Virus record (IMG/VR): IMGVR_UViG_3300036846_001111
Location: 7,887 to 71,886 of that record
Source: a virus
Length of the DNA stretch: 64,000 bases
Strand: one strand, 5' to 3'
Shown here: piece after piece, positions 17,950 to 26,238 of the stretch
How positions within the stretch are numbered: the stretch's first letter is position 1
How the letters are laid out: every line of letters starts with the position of its first letter
The notes under the pieces: model-generated
What the model saw: only the letters and a program-made list of their open reading frames with translations
The model's database searches: none
What the model was told of the DNA's origin: nothing
Translations under genes and position numbers: made by a program

Positions 17950-18165
17950 ATGACCGAGAAGACGTTCGGCATGAGCCGGCTGGGGAACCTCTGGACGGTC
18001 ACGGCCGGCCCCGAGAGCCTCGGGGTGGTGATCTGCATCTATCTCGCCGAGGCGCCCGCCCAGAGCCTCGCTGACGCCCTCAACGCGACGATCGAGACCC
18101 ACCATGCGGTCAACCACGCCGAGGCGCTGTGGGCCGTCAACGGCGCCGAGGGGCCACGCGCATGA
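17950..18165 (+). CDS. Hypothetical protein
   Basis: GAGGAG RBS. Confidence 0.65.
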   Translation: MTEKTFGMSRLGNLWTVTAGPESLGVVICIYLAEAPAQSLADALNATIETHHAVNHAEALWAVNGAEGPRA

Positions 18166-18392
18166 GGGCCGAAGAGCAGATGCAGCGCTACCGCGACGAG
18201 ATCGTCGGGCTGCGCAGATACGACGCCAACAGCACGATCGACGCCGCCGCCTACGCCTCGATGTGGGCGTCGTTCAGCACCGGCTTCCTGTTCGGCGCGG
18301 GGCTGCCGGCGGCGGCCGCGACGGTCGCCCACCTCTACCGGCGGGCCTACCCGGGCGCGGCCTTCCCGGTGCTCTGGGAGGGCGAGGCATGA
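18162..18392 (+). CDS. Hypothetical protein
   Basis: ATGA coupling. Confidence 0.65.
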   Translation: MRAEEQMQRYRDEIVGLRRYDANSTIDAAAYASMWASFSTGFLFGAGLPAAAATVAHLYRRAYPGAAFPVLWEGEA

Positions 18393-18658
18393 CCGAGGAC
18401 GAGAAGAAGGCCGCCCTGAAGGAGGGCGACATCATCCGGGTGACCTCGGACGCCGCGTCGAGCGCCAACCCAGGCATCCAGTACTTCGGCGCGCTCTGCA
18501 TCGTCGACGAGATCAGGGGCTGGGGCGTGCTCGCCATGATCCCGGTGCCGTGGGCAGCGATCGACGCGATCATCCCGGTGCGCCTCGCCTGGGAGGACTT
18601 CGACCTGACCGGCGGCAAGGTCCCGTTGGCCCCCCGCCAAGCGGACCACACGCTATGA
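18389..18658 (+). CDS. Small beta-barrel (KOW/SH3-like) protein, tandem paralog A
   Basis: L..GDI...GAL..V..I..WGV....P.PW...P..L.W.DF..TGG shared with the next gene. Confidence 0.75.
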   Translation: MTEDEKKAALKEGDIIRVTSDAASSANPGIQYFGALCIVDEIRGWGVLAMIPVPWAAIDAIIPVRLAWEDFDLTGGKVPLAPRQADHTL

Positions 18659-19146
18659 ACCCGGCCGAGTCCGCCGACCTCGCGCCGGGCGACATCGTCG
18701 AGGCGCGCGACAGCGCCCGCACCTTCCGCAGCCAGCGCGGCGACAACCTGCCGCAGGGCGACTGCCTGATGTGGGAGGGCGCGCTGGCGGTGGTCGAGCG
18801 CATCGAGGCCTGGGGCGTCGCCGGCTACGTGCCGGCGCCGTGGCTGGGCGGCGAGTTCCCGGTGCACCTGGGCTGGGCGGATTTCGAGCCAACCGGCGGG
18901 CGGGTGACCGCCTGGGCCTGGGACACCCGCCGCCACCGCCGGCACGTCAACGAGAACGCCGCGATCCGGGCGGCCGACGCCAAGGAAGAGGCCGAGGCCA
19001 AGGCGCACGCCGAGGCTCGCGCGCGCGCGCAAGCCGCATCGTCAGCACCGCCCCCCGAGCCGCCGCCGGCCAAACCGGCCAAGGCGGCCAAGGCCGCTCT
19101 GCCGGCGCCGAACGAAAACGACCTCTTCAAGGGATTCCCGCCATGA
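18655..19146 (+). CDS. Tandem paralog B with Ala/Pro-rich tail
   Basis: Same motif; ATGA coupling. Confidence 0.75.
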   Translation: MNPAESADLAPGDIVEARDSARTFRSQRGDNLPQGDCLMWEGALAVVERIEAWGVAGYVPAPWLGGEFPVHLGWADFEPTGGRVTAWAWDTRRHRRHVNENAAIRAADAKEEAEAKAHAEARARAQAASSAPPPEPPPAKPAKAAKAALPAPNENDLFKGFPP

Positions 19147-19418
19147 GGTTCCGCGAGCGCGGCAAGCCGATCGAGCAGACGTTCCCCGACGGTGACCTCG
19201 GGCGGCAGGCGATCGTCGAGTACCTGCGCGAGCAGTTCCGGCCCTGGCCGACCCTCGACCACATCGATTTCAGCACCCTCAAGAGCGAGTACAGCCACGA
19301 GTCGCCGGGCGCGGCCGAGCGCGAGGCGGGGCCCGGCTGGGGGCCGACCTACGTCGTCACCGTCAAGGGCTACGGCGTGGTCGGCTGGTGCGACAAACCC
19401 CTGGAGGAGAGCCCATGA
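19143..19418 (+). CDS. Hypothetical protein
   Basis: ATGA coupling. Confidence 0.7.
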   Translation: MRFRERGKPIEQTFPDGDLGRQAIVEYLREQFRPWPTLDHIDFSTLKSEYSHESPGAAEREAGPGWGPTYVVTVKGYGVVGWCDKPLEESP

Positions 19419-19735
19419 CCGAGACCATGCCCAAGGTGGTGAAGATCAACCCGGTGCAGAACAACCAGTACCTGAAGGCGCGGGTCGACGTGGCCTTCCC
19501 CTCGGGGCTGATCATCCATGCGGTGAGCGTCTTCCGCCGCCAGAACGGCGACCTGTCGATCGTCGAGCCGAACGCGGCGATGCTCGGCAAGGACGGCAAG
19601 GCGCTGACCGACGACCGCGGCAAGGTCCGCTACTGGCCGACCATCAGCTTCGCTGACAAGGCGGCGCAGGAGCGCTGGCGCCGCTCGGTGCTGGACGCCA
19701 TCCGGGCGATGGGCCCAGACGCGATCGACCGATGA
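19415..19735 (+). CDS. SpoVG-like nucleic-acid-binding protein
   Basis: LKARVDV.F...LIIH.V.V......LSI..P...Y..I.F......W...VLDA matches the SpoVG pattern. Confidence 0.65.
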   Translation: MTETMPKVVKINPVQNNQYLKARVDVAFPSGLIIHAVSVFRRQNGDLSIVEPNAAMLGKDGKALTDDRGKVRYWPTISFADKAAQERWRRSVLDAIRAMGPDAIDR

Positions 19736-20307
19736 TCATGCCGACGCCAGAGGAGCGGGCCGACTGGGTCGACCTGAAGCAGCGCTACCGCTGGCTCTAC
19801 GACTGCACCTTGGAGGAGGCGCTGATTACGCAGCGCCAGGACATCGGTGCGTGGTGGTACTTGGGAGGAGACCTGAAGATGCCAGGAAGGAAGCCGGCGG
19901 GTCCGACGAAGCGCGAGGTGACGAGCCCCGCCGGACCTTCACACGCCAGTGTGTCGCCGCCGGTCTCGTCGAGGAGATCAAACCCACCTGCGGCGCCGGT
20001 GAGCCTAGCAGAAGCCCGCGAGGCCGCGCAGCCCCCCCCACGTGGTCTGCCGCCGCAGGTCAAGACGATCATCCTGGGCGTCGCCGCCGAGACCGGCGTT
20101 GACGTCGCCCAGATCATGTCCGTTCGCCGCACCGGCCCGATCAGCGACGCCCGCCAGGAATGTTACCGCCGGTTACGGGCGATGCCCTGGCGCGGCGGCC
20201 ACCCCAGTCTGCTGCAGGTGGGCCTCTGGCTGCAGCGCGACCACACCACTGTGCTTCACGGCATCAACAAGCGAGGAGATCAAGATGGCCCGACGTCGTC
20301 GAGTTGA
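19732..20307 (+). CDS. Protein with DnaA C-terminal (domain IV) HTH
   Basis: VAAETGV....IMS.RR....ARQ.....SLLQVG..LQRDHTTVLHG signature. Confidence 0.85.
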   Translation: MIMPTPEERADWVDLKQRYRWLYDCTLEEALITQRQDIGAWWYLGGDLKMPGRKPAGPTKREVTSPAGPSHASVSPPVSSRRSNPPAAPVSLAEAREAAQPPPRGLPPQVKTIILGVAAETGVDVAQIMSVRRTGPISDARQECYRRLRAMPWRGGHPSLLQVGLWLQRDHTTVLHGINKRGDQDGPTSSS

Positions 20308-20503
20308 ACGTGTCACCACCCATGCCGGCGTGCGGCTGCGGTTCGAGACCAAGGACAGCCTCGCGCTGGTGATCGAGCCGGTCGGCGACGCCATGGCGGT
20401 GATCGTGCCGATGGAGGCCGCCGACTTGGCCGAACTCAAGCTGCTGGTCGAGACGGCGGCCGAACATCAAGTCCAGCTTGAGAAATCTGCAAAAGGGACT
20501 TGA
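20285..20503 (+). CDS. Hypothetical protein
   Basis: GAGGAG RBS. Confidence 0.7.
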   Translation: MARRRRVERVTTHAGVRLRFETKDSLALVIEPVGDAMAVIVPMEAADLAELKLLVETAAEHQVQLEKSAKGT

Positions 20504-20528
20504 CGTCCTAGGACGACCGCTGTACTGA
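20496..20528 (+). promoter_or_regulatory. Palindromic operator/promoter copy 6
   Basis: GGAC-TTGAC-GTCC-TAGGAC; N17; TACTGA. Confidence 0.8.
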
Positions 20529-20565
20529 TACGCCTTGTCAGGGCGACGTCGCCCGAGGAGATCAC

Positions 20566-21117
20566 ATGCCCAACCACCGCGCCGCCGCCGGCAGCCGCCG
20601 CCATCCCATCCAGTCCGACCTCGCCGGCGCCCTCGCCGACGGCATCTCGGACGTCGAGAACCTCAAGGAAGAGATGGAGGAGTGGGCCAACAGCCTCGAA
20701 TCCAACAACATGGAGCACCTGCCGAAGTACGACGAGGTGACCGAGGCCAAGGACGCGCTGGAGAACGGCCTCGACGGCCTGCAGGGGATCGAGGTCCCCG
20801 AGTTCCTGGGCGACCTCGACGCCAGCTTCACCATCGACACCCGCAAGAAGGCGCAGTCGCGCTCCTACCGCCTCGCCAACGCCATGAACGCCATCGACGC
20901 CGCCAAGTGCGCCGCCGAGTCGTGGCTGGAGGAGCACGACGAACTGGAACTGCCGAGCGAGGACGACGAGCCGGCCGAGGACGACGACGGCGAGCCGATC
21001 ACTCAGGAGATGATCGAGGAGCGCGACCGGCAGCGCGAGGCGGCCGAGGAGTTCGTCAACGAGGTCGAGAACGCCTACGCCGAACTGGAGAACGTCTCCT
21101 TCCCGGGCATGTACTGA
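20566..21117 (+). CDS. Highly acidic helical protein (candidate DNA mimic)
   Basis: About 48 D/E vs about 15 K/R in 183 aa (manual count); has its own promoter and RBS. Confidence 0.8.
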   Translation: MPNHRAAAGSRRHPIQSDLAGALADGISDVENLKEEMEEWANSLESNNMEHLPKYDEVTEAKDALENGLDGLQGIEVPEFLGDLDASFTIDTRKKAQSRSYRLANAMNAIDAAKCAAESWLEEHDELELPSEDDEPAEDDDGEPITQEMIEERDRQREAAEEFVNEVENAYAELENVSFPGMY

Positions 21118-21127
21118 TCAAGTCAAT

Positions 21128-21179
21128 CTTGCCAGGACGTCAAAAAGGACTTGACGTCCTGGCAAGTGCCCTGTATAGA
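21128..21179 (+). promoter_or_regulatory. Palindromic operator/promoter copy 7 with extended 16-bp inverted repeat
   Basis: CTTGCCAGGACGTCAA-aaaggac-TTGACGTCCTGGCAAG; N17; TATAGA. Confidence 0.85.
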
Positions 21180-21217
21180 TAGCGAACTGTCAGGGCGATG
21201 ACGCCCGAGGAGATGAC

Positions 21218-21421
21218 ATGGCCGACAACGCCCCCACCCCCGCCGAGATTTTCGCCGCCGACATGGCGACGATCCTGGCGACCACCGACCCGGACCTGCG
21301 CGCGATGCGGCTGCGCTGGCTGGTCACCGACGCCTTCTTCAAAGGCGCCGACTACGGCCACGACAACCTCTGCAAGGCGCTGAAGATCGGCCCCTACCGC
21401 CCGCCGGCCGAGGCCGCCTGA
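21218..21421 (+). CDS. Hypothetical protein
   Basis: GAGGAG RBS. Confidence 0.7.
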   Translation: MADNAPTPAEIFAADMATILATTDPDLRAMRLRWLVTDAFFKGADYGHDNLCKALKIGPYRPPAEAA

Positions 21422-21840
21422 TGGCCGAGGACTACTGCACCTGCCCGCCGCCGCCGCGGGGGCCGCCGTGGGACGACGGCTCCGAGAGCGGTCCCTGCGA
21501 ATACTGCGAACGCATCGCCGACGAGGAGCGCCAGATGGCCCGCACCTACACCTACGCCTGCAGCCTGGAGTGGGGCGGCGACACCCCGACCGCGGTGCTC
21601 GACGACGTCGTCGTCACCTACGGCGTCGACTGGGGCTGCCCCTACTCGCGCGACACCCCGCCCGAGTCGGCCGCGGTGATCGACATCGAGATCGTCTCGA
21701 TCGACGGCGTCGCCTGGGCCGACTGGGACGGTGGCTATGCCGGCCGCGCCTACTGGCAGGACGAGATCGTCAACAAGCTGGAGATGGACCGCGAGGATCA
21801 GATGATCGAGGCGGCCACCGAAGAGGAGGCCCCCGAGTGA
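21421..21840 (+). CDS. Acidic Cys-containing hypothetical protein
   Basis: TGATG coupling; CxC..CxxC. Confidence 0.7.
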   Translation: MAEDYCTCPPPPRGPPWDDGSESGPCEYCERIADEERQMARTYTYACSLEWGGDTPTAVLDDVVVTYGVDWGCPYSRDTPPESAAVIDIEIVSIDGVAWADWDGGYAGRAYWQDEIVNKLEMDREDQMIEAATEEEAPE

Positions 21841-22034
21841 ACCCGACCGAGAAGCGCGCGCTGCGCAAGGTCATCAAGCGCCTGCGGCCTCAGGAGGGTG
21901 TCACCCCGAGCATCCGCGAGGCGCTCAACGGCCCGGCCCGGCTCTACCTCGACACCTGGGTGATCGGGGTGCTGGAACTGCTGGTGAAGGACGACCGCAC
22001 CCTGGCCGAACTGAAGCTGGCGGCCGAGCTATGA
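21837..22034 (+). CDS. Hypothetical protein
   Basis: GTGA coupling, GGAGG RBS. Confidence 0.65.
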   Translation: MNPTEKRALRKVIKRLRPQEGVTPSIREALNGPARLYLDTWVIGVLELLVKDDRTLAELKLAAEL

Positions 22035-22312
22035 CCGGCCAGCCCCCGCACCCGGCCTACGGCCTGCCGCTGACCACCGGCAAGATCACCCTCACCAACG
22101 GCTGCGTGTTCCGCCCCTACAAGGCGGGCGTGGCGCTGGTGGTGCGCTGCAGCGACGATCATCGCATCACGCTGATCCCGCAGCCGGCCGGTTGGCTGGC
22201 CTTCGTCGACACCCAGCCGGTGGTCGGCAAGAACGGCGAGCGCCTGCGCTTCGCCACCCGCGAAGAGGCCGAGCGGACCACGGCGAAGCTGGCCAAGGAG
22301 GCGCGGCGCTGA
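22031..22312 (+). CDS. Hypothetical protein
   Basis: ATGA coupling. Confidence 0.7.
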   Translation: MTGQPPHPAYGLPLTTGKITLTNGCVFRPYKAGVALVVRCSDDHRITLIPQPAGWLAFVDTQPVVGKNGERLRFATREEAERTTAKLAKEARR

Positions 22313-22524
22313 TGGCCCTCTATTCGGTCTACCGCTGGCGGACCCGCAGCGGCTCGCGGAGCGGCGTGGTCCGTGTCTGGCAGGGCGAGGCCACCAGCGA
22401 GGCGCAGGCGGTCATGCGGGCCGCCCAGGCCCAGCGCGCGCGCCCTGGCTACGCCCTCTTCGCCCGCAAGGCCGGCGAAGACCCCTACGCGGATGATCCG
22501 CGCACCATCGTCGAAGAACCATGA
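22312..22524 (+). CDS. Hypothetical protein
   Basis: TGATG coupling, GGAGG RBS. Confidence 0.65.
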   Translation: MALYSVYRWRTRSGSRSGVVRVWQGEATSEAQAVMRAAQAQRARPGYALFARKAGEDPYADDPRTIVEEP

Positions 22525-22982
22525 AGCGCGGGACGTTAGAGGAGCGCCTCCTGGCTCGGATCGAGTTCGACACCAACGGCTGGGGCTGCTGGCTTTGGAG
22601 CGGTGATCTCTCTCAGAGCGGCTATGGCCGGATGAGGTTCGCTGGCACAGAGGCGCGCGCGAGCCGCTGGGCGTGGCGCGCATGGCGCGGCCCGATCCCT
22701 GCCGATCGGCCGAACGTCTGCCACCACTGCGATACCCGCCCCTGCATCCGGCCTGACCACCTGTTTGCCGGCACGCAAGCTGACAACCTTGGCGATATGG
22801 CCCGCAAGGGTCGGCAGGGCCGATCGATCCTGCAGGCATCCGACATCCCGCCGATCCGCGCCAGGGTGATGGCGGGTGAGACACAGACCGCTGTCGGTAT
22901 CGATTACGGCGTCGATTCGAGAACTATCCACAACATCATCGCGGGCCGCACATGGCGGCACGTCGTCGAGGAGAACCCATGA
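22521..22982 (+). CDS. HNH homing endonuclease with C-terminal HTH
   Basis: CWLWSG..SGYG, VCHHCDTRPCIRPDHL..GT.ADN..DM; lower GC3 than neighbours. Confidence 0.9.
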   Translation: MKRGTLEERLLARIEFDTNGWGCWLWSGDLSQSGYGRMRFAGTEARASRWAWRAWRGPIPADRPNVCHHCDTRPCIRPDHLFAGTQADNLGDMARKGRQGRSILQASDIPPIRARVMAGETQTAVGIDYGVDSRTIHNIIAGRTWRHVVEENP

Positions 22983-23425
22983 CCGAGTTCTACGTCAGCA
23001 GCAGCGGGCCCGACCGGGTCCGCGTCGCCTGGGCCGATCAGGAGGCCGACTACTACTTCCTGGCCAAGGTCGCCGGCGACGAGATCACCGAGATCACCAC
23101 CGGCTACCGCAAGTTCCCGACCATCTTCCGCCTCGCCAAACTCGGACGCGAGCGCCACCGCGGCACCCAGGCGCTCAGCGCCAACGAGCCGGCCTACGTG
23201 CCGATCGTCGACGAGGCGCGCATCGCGATCCGCGCCGAGCGGCTGGCGACCCGGGCGATGGAGGTGCGCGCGGCCGAGCGCGCGGAGGTGGCGGCCAAGA
23301 TCGTCGCCGAGAAGGCGGCCAAGCTGCGCACCATCATGGGCGAGCACCGGCTGCCGACCTTGCCCGAGGTCGCTGACGCGGTGCTCGCCGAGGTCTACGA
23401 CGCCATCCAGAACAGCGCGCTATGA
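22979..23425 (+). CDS. Hypothetical protein
   Basis: GAGGAG RBS, ATGA coupling. Confidence 0.75.
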   Translation: MTEFYVSSSGPDRVRVAWADQEADYYFLAKVAGDEITEITTGYRKFPTIFRLAKLGRERHRGTQALSANEPAYVPIVDEARIAIRAERLATRAMEVRAAERAEVAAKIVAEKAAKLRTIMGEHRLPTLPEVADAVLAEVYDAIQNSAL

Positions 23426-23931
23426 CCGAGGTCGCCCTCCCCAAGAGCCGCCGCAAGCACGGCGACGGCGACACCCACCGCCGCTGCGGCGACTGCACCG
23501 CCTGCTGCACCATCATGGGCGTCGACGACTACCAGCCCGAGCCCAAGAAGCCCGGCGTGGCCTGCCCGGACGTCTGCAGCCGCGGCTGCCGGCGCTACGC
23601 CACCCGGCCGCAGTCCTGCCGGGACTTCGCGTGCCTCTGGGTGCAGGGCGGCCTGCCGAAGTGGATGAAGCCCGACCGCATCGGCATCGTCTTCGTGCCC
23701 GACGACACCGACGGCCGCGAGGCGCTGCTGGGCCACGTCGACCTGAAGGTGGGCGACCGCTGGCTGAAGGACCGGGCCCTGGTCGACTACTTCGCGGCGA
23801 TCAGCACCAAGGGCCTCGTGGTGGCGCTGGGCCCGACCGGCTCACGCAAGGTCACCCACCAGTTCGTGGGCGGGACCTTGATGGTGCGGCCGGCTGACGC
23901 ACCCGAGCCAGAAGCGGAAATCCTCAAATAG
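23422..23931 (+). CDS. YkgJ/CxxCxxCC-family cysteine-cluster protein
   Basis: CGDCTACC...C...C..GC..Y..RP.SCRDF.C.W. Confidence 0.8.
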   Translation: MTEVALPKSRRKHGDGDTHRRCGDCTACCTIMGVDDYQPEPKKPGVACPDVCSRGCRRYATRPQSCRDFACLWVQGGLPKWMKPDRIGIVFVPDDTDGREALLGHVDLKVGDRWLKDRALVDYFAAISTKGLVVALGPTGSRKVTHQFVGGTLMVRPADAPEPEAEILK

Positions 23932-23963
23932 GACTTGACGTCCAGGCAAGTCCCCTGTACTGA
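23930..23963 (+). promoter_or_regulatory. Palindromic operator/promoter copy 8 (leaderless transcript)
   Basis: AGGAC-TTGAC-GTCCA; N17; TACTGA; 6 nt between the -10 and the ATG. Confidence 0.8.
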
Positions 23964-23969
23964 TACGTC

Positions 23970-25172
23970 ATGCACAAGGACTTGGACCTCCTCAACGCCT
24001 TCCTCACCCGCGCCGAGCGCGAGAAGGAGTTCCGCGGCTACCGGCATCTGCTGCGGCAGGCCGAGGCCTTCCACCTCGACCATGAGACCCTGGAGGTGGT
24101 CGGCGAGATGGCGTCGGGCGAGCAGCGCCACCGGATGATGCCGCTCTACCGGGAACTGGCCCGGCTGCCGTTCGAGACCGTCTGGATCGAGTTCGACTAC
24201 GCCCACCTGCATGCGTGGCGGGTCGCGTGCGGCTACACCAAGCCGCTCGATGCGCCCGACCAGAGCATGGTCTACGGCCTGGACTCGGACCGCCACGTGG
24301 TCGGCGTCCCGACCCAGATGGGGTTCCTCTGCGAGCGCCTGCAGGCACATGAGGACAGCTACCGGATCACCACCGTGGGCTGGATGAGCGCCGGCCACGG
24401 CGACCCGCCCGCTGCGTGCATGTTTCCGGTCTGCCACAACGTCACCACCGGCCGCGACAAGGTGATCTTCGGCGGCAATCGCGCCGACCGGGCCGAGATC
24501 AACGACATCATCTGGTCGGCGAACCGCAGCCCGATCCCGGCGATCGCCTGGGGGATGGAGGCCTACAACGGCGTCGACGTGCATGCGTGGCTGGCCTCGC
24601 CGCTCTGCCAGACCAACGGCGTCGAGCCCGAAGGCGTCTTCGAAGACACCATGATCCGCAAATACGGCCTGAAGGACGGGCTGGAGCGCATCCGCCGCGG
24701 CATGGAGGCCTTCACCCTGGAGCAGAAGGGCGATCTGCGCTTCGTGGTGGCCGCCCTGGCGCTGCTGAACCACGTGCCGGTCACCTACAAGCCCTACAAG
24801 CCGAAGGGCCGCATGCTGGCCTCGGGGACGACGCGGCCGTTCATGGAAAGCCGGGTGGTGCACATCGACGTGCCGTCGAGCCGGCGGCGGATCAAGGTGA
24901 TCGACCAGCATCTGCGCAACAGCCTCGTGCTGCAGCGGCGCAAGCGCCATAACGTGCGCGGCCACTGGCGCGTCTCGAACCGCAGCCACGGCGATCGGTG
25001 GCAGCCGTTCACCGACCCCTTCACCCTGCAGCGTCGGTGGCGCATCTGGATCGCTGACCACCAGCGCGGCGACGCCAGCCTGGGCTGGGTCGACCACCGC
25101 TATGAGATCGCCGGCCGCCCAGGCGCGCTGGCCGCTGTCCTGCCATCAACCGAGGAGAAGACCCATGCCTGA
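23970..25172 (+). CDS. Conserved phage hypothetical protein (H.VRGHWR...WI..H.RGD C-terminal motif)
   Basis: 400 aa; the C-terminal motif recalls other phage hypotheticals. Confidence 0.8.
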   Translation: MHKDLDLLNAFLTRAEREKEFRGYRHLLRQAEAFHLDHETLEVVGEMASGEQRHRMMPLYRELARLPFETVWIEFDYAHLHAWRVACGYTKPLDAPDQSMVYGLDSDRHVVGVPTQMGFLCERLQAHEDSYRITTVGWMSAGHGDPPAACMFPVCHNVTTGRDKVIFGGNRADRAEINDIIWSANRSPIPAIAWGMEAYNGVDVHAWLASPLCQTNGVEPEGVFEDTMIRKYGLKDGLERIRRGMEAFTLEQKGDLRFVVAALALLNHVPVTYKPYKPKGRMLASGTTRPFMESRVVHIDVPSSRRRIKVIDQHLRNSLVLQRRKRHNVRGHWRVSNRSHGDRWQPFTDPFTLQRRWRIWIADHQRGDASLGWVDHRYEIAGRPGALAAVLPSTEEKTHA

Positions 25173-25704
25173 CACCCCCTTCGACGCCGAGCACACGCTG
25201 CGCCTCAACCGGCTGGCCGACTATCTGGCGGCGGTGCCGCCCGAGCACCTCGTGATGAGCGCGTGGTTCAGCGACCACGCCAGCGGCGCCGCCATGCAGC
25301 TTGCCGAGAGCTTCGGCGGCGAGCGCCTCTTTCCGTCGCCCGAGGCGGCTGTAGCCGACTGCGGCACCGCCGCCTGCGTCGCCGGCCAAGCCGCGGCCCT
25401 CTTCCAGCTACGCGCCGAGAACGAGCGCGACTGGGGCCCGGTCGTGGCCGAGTACCTGGGCCTCAACAAGTCGCAGGAGAAAGACCTGTTCCTGCCCAGC
25501 GGCTACGAGGCGCACGGCGCCAAGCCCGGCGACTGGGCCTTCAACGACTTCGACCCCGAGGCGGTGCGCGACCTCTTCACCCCGGCCAACGCCGCCAGGG
25601 CGGTGCGCGAACTGGCCGAGACCGGCGGGGTGCCCCAGTGGTGGTGCGCCAACTCGGAGGTCATGAGGGCCGACGGCGACGAGGACGGCATCCAGAACGA
25701 CTGA
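25165..25704 (+). CDS. Hypothetical protein (CGTAACVAG motif)
   Basis: GAGGAG RBS; M..W...CGT.AC.AG phage family pattern. Confidence 0.75.
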   Translation: MPDTPFDAEHTLRLNRLADYLAAVPPEHLVMSAWFSDHASGAAMQLAESFGGERLFPSPEAAVADCGTAACVAGQAAALFQLRAENERDWGPVVAEYLGLNKSQEKDLFLPSGYEAHGAKPGDWAFNDFDPEAVRDLFTPANAARAVRELAETGGVPQWWCANSEVMRADGDEDGIQND

Positions 25705-25705
25705 C

Positions 25706-25897
25706 ATGTTCACCGCGGCCGAACTGGTGGAGGAGGCGGAGCGCGAGCTTCGCCTCCGCAAGCGGGTCTACCCAAATCGGGTATCCACCCGGCGGATGAC
25801 GCCGGCCCAGGCCCAGCGCCGGCTCGCCCTGATGGAGGCGATCATCGCAATTTTGCGATCGAGGCTCGCCGAGGAAGACCTCTTCGGCCGGCCTTGA
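25706..25897 (+). CDS. Small conserved phage protein (REL..RKRVYP..V motif)
   Basis: 63 aa; motif common in alphaproteobacterial phages. Confidence 0.75.
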   Translation: MFTAAELVEEAERELRLRKRVYPNRVSTRRMTPAQAQRRLALMEAIIAILRSRLAEEDLFGRP

Positions 25898-25951
25898 CTC
25901 GGGGCTGCCCGGCGCCTCAGGCTCGCTCTTTTCGTCCATACGTCATACACG

Positions 25952-25960
25952 TGTGGATAA
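25952..25960 (-). promoter_or_regulatory. Perfect DnaA box TTATCCACA
   Basis: TGTGGATAA on + strand, with a degenerate copy TGTGGACTC at 25963, upstream of the primase operon. Confidence 0.55.
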
Positions 25961-25987
25961 GTTGTGGACTCTTACGAGGAGAGAGGG

Positions 25988-26224
25988 ATGCCACGAGTTG
26001 CAAAGGCGCGCCACGGCACGCATTGGCGTGAACATCTGACCGACGTCGAGCGCCGCCGCGTCGCCCAGCTTGACGATAACGTCGAATGCGCCGAGCGCCT
26101 CGTGAGGGCCGCCAAGATCGAGCGTCAGGAGATCGCCGCGCGGGCCCAGCAGCGCATCGTCAGACTGGTGGCGCGCCGCCGAAAAGACCAGCCTACGGAC
26201 TACCCCGAGACGTCCGCAGCCTAG
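25988..26224 (+). CDS. Hypothetical basic helical protein
   Basis: GAGGAG RBS; precedes primase. Confidence 0.65.
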   Translation: MPRVAKARHGTHWREHLTDVERRRVAQLDDNVECAERLVRAAKIERQEIAARAQQRIVRLVARRRKDQPTDYPETSAA

Positions 26225-26238
26225 CACCGGAGGTCCCC

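Noticed and set aside
9649-23963. Repeated palindrome as a CRISPR array or attC-type integron sites
   Set aside because: Copies are kilobases apart, have fixed -35/-10 geometry, and no cas or integrase gene is visible
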